32,000 nucleotides of DNA, taken from NCBI RefSeq assembly GCF_000400465.1, contig NW_008806276.1, positions 538,614 through 570,613 of the forward strand. Direction: 5' to 3'. Below are positions 13,876 to 26,337 of the stretch, in pieces. The notes beneath the pieces were generated by a model. It searched no databases, was not told the origin of the DNA, and saw nothing but the letters and a program-made list of their open reading frames with translations. A program made the translations under genes and the position numbers. Numbering within the stretch: the stretch's first letter is position 1; every line of letters starts with the position of its first letter. The DNA comes from Wallemia ichthyophaga EXF-994. Its lineage: Eukaryota; Fungi; Basidiomycota.

Positions 13876-15718
13876 ATGATCAATCTCACCAAAGATGCAA
13901 TCGTTGCAATAAATTCTGAAAATCCAGCATCGCTGCCTGCAGGCCAGAACCCAGTAGTACAGGTGTTGCAGGTTAAGAAAGCAACAGCAAGCCAGCCAAA
14001 TGCACCAGATAGATACAGGATGGTACTCAGTGATGGAGTATTCTACATGCAAGCGATGCTTGGTACACAGCTCAACCATCTCCCGGAGCAAGAAGTTCTT
14101 GTAAAGAACAGCGTGATTAGAATGACTAATTATGCTGTTAATACTGTCCAGAATAGATTGCTCGTTATTGCGTTGCAGGTTGATATTCTCGAATCCTCAC
14201 ATGAGAAGATTGGCTCTCCTCAGAATTACGATCCAGCCAAGGCACAGGTGCAGCCACAGGGACAATCACATCAACAGCCTCAAACCACCGACAACAAACC
14301 TACAATCGCACCTCCTCAATCCAAGGGACCCTCCTCTCAAGCACCCGTATATCCCATTGAGGGTCTTTCGCCATACCAGAACAAGTGGACTATCAAAGCC
14401 CGCGTTACCCAGAGATCTGACATCAAATTCTGGTCAAATCAGCGCGGAGAGGGAAAGCTTTTTAGCGTAAACTTGATGGACGAGACTGGTGAAATCCGTG
14501 CAACCGGTTTCAACGAATCTGTCGATGAATTTTACTCAATGCTCGAGGAAGGTAAGGTATTCTTCATCACCAAAGCTCGAGTACAGATCGCGAAGAAACA
14601 ATTCAGCAATTTACAAAACGAATATGAAATAACATTCGATAAATCAACTCAAATTGAACCTTGTTTCGACACCTCCGATGTCCCTGACGTCAAATACAAC
14701 TTCACTGAGCTTCAGAATCTAGAAAACCTTGAAGCAAATTCTATCACTGATGTGCTTGGTGTTGTTACTAGTGTCGATGATGCTTCTCAAATTATCAGCA
14801 AATCTACCCAAAAACCATACACTAAGAGAGAGCTCCAGATTGTTGACCGGTCTCAACAGTCTGTCAGACTGACCCTGTGGGGAAAGTTGGCAGAGACTTT
14901 CGATCAGACTAATGAACCAGTGATTGCGTTTAAAGGTGTCAAAGTAGGTGACTTTGGGGGTAGATCTCTTTCGATGGTTGGCGCATCCACCCTATTCGTC
15001 AATCCAGACATAGCTGAAGCGCACACGCTAAGGGGATGGTATGACCAGCAAGGTAAAAATGAACAGTTCAGTACATTCAACAGCTCTAGTGCAGCCGTCA
15101 AGCCTGAGAGCAGTGGTGCTGTTAACTCTAACGAAATTAAGACTCTCGATCAAGTCAAACAATCACAACTAGGGCTCAACGACACGGGTAAACCTGATTA
15201 TTGGAGTGGTAAAGCTACTGTAACATACATCAAGAAAGACAACCTTACATACCCTAGCTGTCCTAACGACATGAAAAAAGTTACGCAAGACATGAACGAC
15301 AAATGGAGATGTGAGAAGTGTGAATCATCCTTCGATGCGCCTGAATATAGATATATAGTTACGTGCAACGCCACTGATCATACTGGACAACTCTGGCTCA
15401 GTGGTTTCAATGATTTTGGTCTTGAGTTGTTCAAGATGCCGGCAAACGATCTCCAAGCTATGATGGTAAGTTGGAGTTGAAACGTTTGACAATATTTACT
15501 CAACTTTTACTCCGCAGAACAACGGCGATGAAGCTGCTTATGAAGCTACTGTCAAGAACGCACTCGGTTCAACTTATAACTTCAACTGCCGCGCTAAACA
15601 GGATAACTTTAACGATAACGTTAGAGTTAGGCACCAAATTAATAGAGTCAATAATATCAACTACAAATCTGATATTGGTAGACTATGCGACTCTATCACA
15701 AAGCTTGAGGTGGCTTGA
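13876..15718 (+). CDS. RFA1: Replication protein A 70-kDa subunit; 2 exons
   Basis: OB-fold motifs YRMVLSDG, PIEGLSPYQNKWTIKARV, GKLFS...DETGEIRATGF, LTLWG, DFGGRSLS, LRGWYD, WRCEKC. An intron after LQAMM (about 15466-15518) leads to a last exon ending KLEVA*. Confidence 0.96.
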
Positions 15719-15798
15719 GATGTTGCGTGGGCTAACACCTTGTACTTTATATCACTCAATTCATGTTCATTACTTCGCTTATCTTATCATACAATAAT

Positions 15799-18700
15799 TT
15801 AATTCTCAATTACTGGTTGTGCGATTGGTGCCACTGGCTTTGCATGTGCTGATGTCGTTGTCTTGTTCTTGTACGAGTCGATATTCTCATACACCACGTT
15901 CGCTGGTCTAAGCGATGAGATCTCGTTAAGATCTTTATACTGATCTGGAATTGTCTGTGATACCAAATGTGTCGACAACTTACTCCTCTTATCACTCGAT
16001 TGGTGAATGTACGTATAGAAGAAGTCAAGTATATCCTTCTTAGTCAGCTTTTTTATGCTCTCCACTTCATTTCCTCTTCTGTGGAAATCGTAGTATCCAC
16101 CACTAAGCTCCAACCATAATCTAGAAGATTCATTGCTGAGATTCTTTGGTTTTTCAAGCTTCTCCTCAATCAGACTTAACTTGTTCTTTTCAAATTCTTC
16201 CTCGCTCATATCCTCCAACAAACCCTTAACAGTGACGTCAAAGAAATGTTCAACACGTCCTTCTAAAAATACTGGTGGTCTCTCAGATTGAATGAGAACT
16301 CTGAATCCCATAGTTCCAATTGACTTGCGTAATCCGCTGAACACCATATATCCTAATTGTTCCTTTGTACGTAATTGATCGAATGCAGGCTCGTGTGTTA
16401 TTTGTGCGAATAGTGAAAGTTTGGTGCGAAGATCTATATCTGTAACATCACCAACTTCATTGTAATACTCGATTGCTGAATTTACTTGTGCCTTGTTAGG
16501 TACTTCCTTGGTGTACACGTGGTCGCCTGTTGGTACTAATGAAGACTGAAGAGATTTTCTCTCCTCCTCTGTCAATGCGGATGGTTGAATCACACCCTCA
16601 ATATCCCTACTGATTTTGACAGCTGCATCATCGGTCATATTACCATGAACGAACACCTCCATGTACAACCTCTGCAAAACCTCTTTGGCGTGATTTTCCA
16701 CATCTTCCTTTTTAATGCTCTTGACAGCTTCAAGACGCTCCTCGAAAGTAAAGAAAGCTTTCTGGGTGAGAGAGTATGTTGATACATTTGCATGCATAAG
16801 TGGTGCATCCATTGAAAAATTGGCGTACATCCTCTCGATGCGCTCTTTAATCACATTAAAGCGATCTTCTTTAATATGGAGTCTCTTCATAGTTGAAACA
16901 ATTTGATGGAGGAGTGTGGTGAGTTTGTCGTTATACCCCTTCACATGAATCAATACACCGTCACCGGTTGACTCAATACTGTATGCAAATCCTGCACACT
17001 CGGCATCATATGCGTACTCGTTCATCTCATCCAGCAACAATTCATTGAACAGACGCGTCGATACACTAGATTTTGCTGACTGGAGGATTGATGGTGATTT
17101 CATAACCAAGTAGACGTGTGCTTTTGGAACCCACCACTGATCATCCTTTTTGTGCCAGAGACGAACAGTTGGTGTGTCTCTAAGGAGTGTTGGGACAATT
17201 GAAGGTTCATTAATTTCCACCTTCTCGACGTCAAAGTTTGTGGGAATGAATTGGTTTGGATGAGGGAGGTGCATTTCAGGTGGACTGCTGCTATTCCTTA
17301 TCTATTTCTATGTTAGCGAGAAGGTGTTTTCAAAATCGCACCTAACGCACATCCTTAAGCAAGTCTTCTGACAACTTGTCGACTCTGTATTTGGTGCCAT
17401 ACCACTTTTCAACCTGATCAAGCTCTCCAACCCCTTCGATTGGGTCTTTGGCTGCCAACATGACACGGCAGTTGTCGAGGTTGAGCGCGTCAAGAGACTG
17501 CTTGATGCAGTGTGGATCATATTCTCTAATGACGTGAGAACCAGAAAGAATGTGCTCTCTCTCGTATGGCTTCTGCATCAATCTAGCGACATTTGAGGTC
17601 ACCTTCTCAGGCTGACCTTGCTCCTTGAACCTGAAAGCGATGGCTGCCAAATCTTGTGTCTCTTTGAAGAGATACTCAGGTGGATTGTCAGAGAACTTCT
17701 TCATCATGTCGATATAATTGAAAATTAATCTCAAGCACTCCTTCCACTTGCCAATACCTTTCGTGGTGAGATCTAAGTTGATTTTAAAAAATTCGAAGCC
17801 TGGTGCACTAAAACCGAATCCAGCGGATAGTGAGTTGATATAGCCAAGCTGCTTGAGGTATGAGCACAGACTGCCTTTGCCTTCGTAGCCGAGAATGTGA
17901 CTGAGGAAGTTACCAGGCTTGGTATTGTAGTATGCGTCTTGTTCAGGGAATGTAAAAGTGAGAGCGAGTTGTCTGAGATCTTTGATGGTCTCTGTGAATA
18001 TGATACTCTTGTAGGCATCTTCTGGCCAAACATTGCTGCTGAAGTGTGGTTCTGGGATGTCTCTCTGAGGGATTGCAGAGAAATTATCAACAGCCAACTG
18101 CTCAAGCTCGTCGAGACTCTCCTTACCAAAGACGCAGAGTTTCATGAGGTGAGAAGAGTAGTGAGTTTCATACCACTTGATGAGCTCTTCCCTTGGATCC
18201 AAGCCCTTCATACTAGGTTCTGAGAAGAGAGTGTCCCAGTTCCCAGTACCGAAGTTACTCATTGGTGGGTTCGACAAGCCCTTCTCGAGCTGAAACAGTC
18301 TCCACAAGTCAGACTGTAAGTTCTTCTTGTTTTCACTATCAACAGCCTTCACTTCTCTTTGAGTGCACGACTGGGTGAATAGCGGTGAAATAAAGAATTG
18401 ACTGAAACGATCAACTGCGCCCTTCAACGCATTTGTTGAGCAAGTAAAGTAGTAATTTGTGTCAATCATATCTGTATATGCGTTACTATAGCCAGAATTC
18501 TTACTCAGGTAGTCTTGATAGTCATTTTCAACGGGGTACTTGGAAGTACCAAGGAAGAGCATATGCTCGTTGAAATGTGCCAAACCAGGTAATTCATTTG
18601 GGTCCAGGAGATGTCCCGCCTTCACGTCAATAGCCACTGATGATTTGTCTGTTTCGCTGTCATTGATAAGCAGACACTCGAGCTGATTATGCAGCTTAAT

Positions 18701-18808
18701 GAGCCTGTAATTACGCTTATCATTGCTTGACTTCTCAAGCGCTTTGGTGAATTCCTGATAAGTGTTTTTTTGCTTCCAACTTGTCATGACTGTGCGGGCT
18801 AAACGCAT
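15799..18808 (-). CDS. STE23: Insulysin/Ste23-type M16A metallopeptidase; 2 exons
   Basis: Inverted zinc motif GLAHFNEHMLFLG; also SNAYT, EVKAVDSE, WWVPK, FDQLRTKEQLGY. Intron about 17302-17350. The start is either 18808 or 18787. Confidence 0.93.
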
Positions 18809-18817
18809 TTCAGTTGA

Positions 18818-19464
18818 ATGTCGTCTGTGACCAAGGCTGGAATGCAGAGAATATCAAATTTGAATATAATCGTTGCGGCTACAAATTCTAATGGAATTGG
18901 CGTATCTTCCTCAAATAGCCTCCCTTGGAAGCTGTCAAATGAACTCAAGTTCTTTGCCAAAGTTACGTCAACCAAGCCAGCCAAACAGGATGAAAGCAAT
19001 TTAATCCTTATGGGAAGAAAAGTTTGGGACAGCATTCCCAACAAGTTTAAACCTCTCAGGAATAGACTTAACGTGGTCTTATCGCGAAATCACACTTTGT
19101 GAGCGGGTTTTCGGCAGTTTTTAGCCTTTTAACGCGTCGTAGACAGATTGACGATAAGGTTAAACTTCTCAGTAGCGTTGAATCCGCCCTAAACCTCACC
19201 AGTCACTCCGACTCACGTGTCTTTTGCATAGGTGGTGCGCAGATTTACAACAAAATGATTCCGTACGCGTCTAGACTGTTCATTACGCGTATAAAACAAC
19301 CCTCATTCGAACAAGCTGACGTGAAATTCTCCGACTTCAGCGATCAAGAGTGGAGGCGATGCACGCATGAGGACTTTGAAGCTTACGTAGGTTTTGAGGT
19401 GCAACGAGGAGATATTGAAGAGAATGGAGTGGTATATGAGTTTCAAATGTATGAAAGAAGATGA
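18818..19464 (+). CDS. DFR1: Dihydrofolate reductase; 2 exons
   Basis: Motifs IIVAAT..NGIG, LPW, ELKFF (catalytic Glu), ILMGRKVW, PLRNRLNVVLSR, FCIGGAQIY, D.KF. Intron 19099-19142. The start is either 18818 or 18842. Confidence 0.93.
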
Positions 19465-19473
19465 AAAAGCATC

Positions 19474-20195
19474 TCATACACGTGACATGATATGATAATT
19501 TTCATCTTCTCCACCTTCATACCACGATGGATCTATTTCATCAAATATGAATTGGTTATTGCCGTAAAACTTTACAGCGAATGGATTGTCTAGGGCTTGT
19601 CAGCAAGGGTAGTTGAGAGAGAAAGGCGTACATTTTGATACTGTAAGCATTGTTTTATCGAGTTTGAGGTGCTTCGTTAGGGTGTTTAGAGCGTCGATAC
19701 AGCGTTTCCCGATTTTTTTACCTCGGCAATCTTTTTCCACCTGCAATTCATACCTGTTTCATTGAGCGCGACTTGAAGATGAACGCATAGACACACTCAC
19801 AGGTAGACAACGGCGTAGATACGATCATCCTCACCTTCTTCAGTGTCGAATCTTAGCGAGACGAAAGCTTTCAGGTGGTTTTTCTGTTCAAGCATAACAA
19901 TTCTCGACTCTTCGTTGAAAATTTCGTTATATTTTTCATCTCTGTCATATTCACCGATAGCTTCAAACGTAGGTTTCATATTGCCTTCGTAAAGTGAAAA
20001 CAAACTCGCTTTATCGTTGCTAGCAACTTGACTACCGATTTCAGTGCGCACTTGAAAGTCTTGTAGTCGTGACTGAAAAATTTCATTAACAGCTTTATTG
20101 TTGGTCTGGATCGAGTTGTGAGAAAAGAAAAAGTCAATAAGTCTGTAGCACACCTCACAAGCAAAAGATGCTCTGCTCTCCGCAAAATCACTCAT
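19474..20195 (-). CDS. NAT4: N-alpha-acetyltransferase 40 (histone H4/H2A N-terminal acetyltransferase, GNAT); 4 exons
   Basis: Motifs NMKPTF, RFDTEE...VVYLYELQV, CRGKKIGK (acetyl-CoA motif A), KTMLTV, FY...F..DEIDPS, YHIMSR. Three short introns. Confidence 0.85.
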
Positions 20196-20249
20196 GTTGA
20201 TGGTAAATAATCAAGAGATAAATGCAAAATATAATACATAGAAAACGAG

Positions 20250-21730
20250 TTAATCAGTTATTTTGTTAAGCTCACTCAAAAGCATTCTTTTCCCTTGAGG
20301 TTTTGAGTCAGTTTTGTGTTTTTTCTGTGGAGTGTCTGGAATAACATCATCTTCTTGAAACTCGTCGTCGCTATCTGCTATAGCGGTTCCATCTGGTTGT
20401 AGCTTTGCAGGACTATCTGCTACTAGCACTGTCTTGCTATTCTTGGTTTGAGTGAGTTGGGTATGTTTCTCTTTCTTGGTCGGTGTTGCTGAAACAAGTG
20501 TTGACTTTTTCTCGACGTGGATATGTGGCTGGCTAGATAAAATGCTAGCCTCACTAGAGAGAGCTTCAAATGGGTTAGTAGGTGCTGTGGGGTGTGTGAG
20601 AGTGGTTTGGGTGTGTTACACAATGACCCACCTTTCGAAGGCACCTCCTTCTTTTCCTTGACGGTGGTGATCTTCCGACTCACACCGACGACTCTATTTG
20701 CAAACATTTTGTTGATTGTAGAAGATGGCTGCCGTGATAGAGATCTTTCACGTTTCACGGATGGCTCTCTCTCTAGATTGACGCTAGCAATTGATGACTC
20801 ACGCTCAACATTGTCTAACTGAGGGGTCGTTGATCTAGTTGGAGCGGTGGAAGTGCTAGGGATTGGTAAAAGTGGGGCTGGTAGATCTACTTCTGTTTCT
20901 CTGTTCTCATCACCAAAGCACTTGATCCTCATTGCTTTGCAAACCTTTGGCAGTTTTTTTCTAAACCTGCGCGAGTTTGCGTGAGCTACTGGGGTTAACA
21001 GACCGACTCGACCCACTTCAAATCAACGGTGTGCTTGTAAAACTTTTGCACGTGATCAATGGATGGTTTTTTATGCTGCTTATTATCATCAGTCTGTATC
21101 AAAGGGGCGTTGTTGAGTGTCTGCCACAAAACCAGCCTATCTATTGCAAATTCCAACCTCTCATTGATGTTGTCATAATCGTTGGTAAGTTCGTTAACTT
21201 TACGCTTACGTTTTCGCGGTTTATTGGTGTCAGAGTGGGTGTTAGGAGGTGGCAATCTAGCCAGCAAATAAAGTAGCAAGGAGACCTGTAATAACTTCTC
21301 GGACAACTCGAGATTCTTAATGTAAACGCGTTGATCGACGACGCGTTTGTCATATGAGCTTCTAAGGATGTTAAGTTCAAGTCTATCGCGTATTCCCTGA
21401 GGGAGACAGCTATCATCGAAGGTGTTGTTGATGATAATGGGTGTAAGTGTGACTCTGTACTTTCTTTCAAGCTCAAGCAGAGGGAGGTAGAGAAAAAACA
21501 GCTGCTCAAACCCAACGTCTCTGCTCTCCAAGTAGTTTATAAAGTCTAACGGTGAATAAACAGTCTGAGTCGCGTATGTAAGAAGCGCGTATCGTATGCG
21601 ATAAGCAACTAACGTTTGGGAGGTATAAGGACTGATAGTATTCCAAACGCAATTCATCTTCAACGCCATCGTATGGATTGTTGTACGAGATGTCTTGAGG
21701 CCACGGGATTGGGCAGTTTAGTGAATTCAT
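20250..21730 (-). CDS. Sld3-like DNA replication initiation factor; 4 exons
   Basis: The spliced product has LLQVSLLLYLL...RKRKR...LEFAIDRLVLWQ...DHVQKFY...LPKVCKAMRIKCF, resembling the Sld3 conserved domain, and a disordered C-terminus with CDK-type sites (ATPTK, DSPAK, DTPQK). Family call is from memory. Confidence 0.6.
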
Positions 21731-21825
21731 TTAGATTATTTTTAAAAAATGCTTTTTATCAAATCGAGTTGCTGCGCCTCTTTCACGCGTATCTCGATTA
21801 ACTACGACGAGGTTTGAGCGCAGGA

Positions 21826-24100
21826 ATGTCGGGCGTATCGAAGCAGCAGGTCAGTGATATTCGAAATGGCTTTGAAGGCTCTAAATGATCTTTCAGGCTG
21901 AGAGAAACCATCGTAGACTGCTCGATATACTCAAAGTGCCTGGAAATGGAAATTGTGCGGATTGCAAAGCTAGCAGTGAGATTATCTTAAATCATATTAT
22001 AACACTCAATTCTAACACCATTAAAGACCCACGCTGGTCAAGCTATTCTCTTGGTATCTTCCTCTGTATGCCTTGTGCAAGCGTACACAGGAAGCTCGGA
22101 ACGCACATTTCCAAAGTGTGAGTTTAGCAGTGGTGTCCTATTGGCTTTCACTCATACAGCCTAGTAAATCTGTCAGTCTCGATAATTGGAACAGGGAACA
22201 GACGGCGACAATGGAGCAAATCGGAAACAGCCGTTCAAACTCAGTCTACAATCCAGACGAGCTCAAAAACCCTCCTCCAACAAACTCCAGTCAGGTTGAA
22301 AGGGACTCGGAAATCGAAATTTACATACGTAATAAGTATATCCACAAATCCTACATGAGAAAGAGCTCATCGATACCACCACCTAGCAAGGGCATTTTAA
22401 AGGCTTCAAATACTGGCAGTTCAACTGGTAGCAGCAATAGCCCTGGTATAAGCGCTGACCTCAACGCCAACACCTCCCTCAATTCGCGCTCCTCTAAGTC
22501 CCCGGTTGATGGCTTGTATGGCTTGTATAAGCAGAGATCCGCGTCTTTACAGCCTCCTGGGGATACTGGGAACGCTAGCTTTGTCGATTTTGATGAGTCG
22601 AGCACTCCACAAACTCTGTCTCAGAATGCACCCCTTACTAAAACAGCTGGATCTACTTCTCGTTCAGTCAGCTCACCAGCCCAGCTTATGCACCAGCAGT
22701 CAACACACGAAAACCCTCATAACTCTATTTTCAGCTCCTTGCAGTCGTTTAAGCAGACTAATCACAACACCCAACCTACAACATTCTCACTCAATTCTCC
22801 AATACAATCCAACACCACTTTGCAATCTATTCCGCAGAGTAATTCTCCGTACCAAAACTTATATTCAACTTCTACTCTTGGTTCAGATACCTTGTTTTCT
22901 CAATCTCCAACGTCTACGCAGTCTAATCCTAACTCACCTTACACTACTCCTTTTCAAATGCATCAGAATGGTATCCATGGCTTAAATCCTGCACCTCTTC
23001 GTTATCAAACCACCGGTCTTAGCCCGAATGGATCAATATGCTCTCTCAATGCTCAATCCTCTGGTGGTAGCGAGGGTGGAAATAAAGGGATGAATGGGGC
23101 TTCTCATAGCGGTTTAATCGGTGGTATTAACAGTGGTACTCTAAATGGCATTCCGAATGGTATGTATAACCACACTCTAAATGGCACACAGAATGGCACT
23201 CTAAATGGCATACGAACTGTTCCGCCGAATGGATTACAAAGTCAAAAGGAAGGTTTGCAAACCCTCCAACCACAGCAAACTAACCTACGGAATCAATCGA
23301 GTTTCTCGGACATGAAAAATGCTGGTGGCGCTTTGCCAGGGTCGTTCCAAGGCACATTACAAGGGTCTTCAACAGGAGCACTGCAAAGTCAAAATACTGG
23401 CTTTCAATCTCTTCAACCACAGCCAACTGGAAAGAAAGACTGGCCAGCACCCCCATCAGCACCACCTATTTCACCAACATCTCAGCAGCCAGGAATTATG
23501 TCTTCACCGCCAGGCAATGGTTTTGCTTCATCCGGCTTTATGTCCACGTGTCCGAATTCGATGTCTGCGTCTTCGAATTCAATGCCTGCGTCGACAGGGT
23601 TTAAGTCACAATTACAAAATCCCCAAGGTTTGTTTATGTCACCTTTTCAACAACAGCAGCCAGTATCGATCAATCCACCATTCCAACAACAGTCACAGCA
23701 GGAGCCACAGAAACCATTTCAAACACTTACACCAAAATTGTCATTTCAACACAATGCGACATTTCAACAGCAGTCAGAGATGTCGCCATTCGGTCAAAGT
23801 ACCACAACAAACCAAGCAAGTCCATATCAACTTACACCCACTCAAAATAAGTATTCTACATCCACGAACACTCAACCTGTTCAACGATCAGAACCGTTGT
23901 TTTCATCACATTCTCAACCATACACTAACACTAATACAAATACGTTCATTCAACAACCAATTAATTCTTATCAACCGACGCAGCAACAATCGTTCACTTC
24001 CTTTCAACCAGCACAGCAACAGCAATTTAATCTAAATCCATTCCAGACCATGATGAGACCGGGAAATAATACCAATCCATTCCATTATTCTTTTAATTAA
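21826..24100 (+). CDS. ArfGAP-domain endocytic protein (Gts1/Age2/SMAP-like) with a long Q/S/N/P-rich tail; 4 exons
   Basis: Starts MSGVSKQQ|AERNHRRL. Zinc finger CADC...CMPCASVHRKLGTHISKVKS.SLD.W. The tail has LxxQxTG repeats and C-terminal NPF motifs. Confidence 0.88.
23138..23210 (+). repeat. Three exact 13-bp copies of ACTCTAAATGGCA, encoding TLNG repeats in the ArfGAP tail
   Basis: Copies start at 23138, 23174 and 23198; the spacings of 36 and 24 nt keep them in frame. Confidence 0.85.
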
Positions 24101-24301
24101 CGCAATTTTTATACTTAACGCGATCCTTTTAATTGACGTCAAATTTTCTCGCATCTGCGTTAATATGTTTGAGGTATGCAGTGGGTGCGATTGTGCCAGT
24201 AACTTAGTATGAATAAATTAGAATCTTCTTAAAAGTACAATTACAATGTTTGATAAATATGCAGGTGTGTATAAAATTTAGTAAAGATGAACAAAAAATT
24301 G

Positions 24302-26337
<2,036 letters not shown>

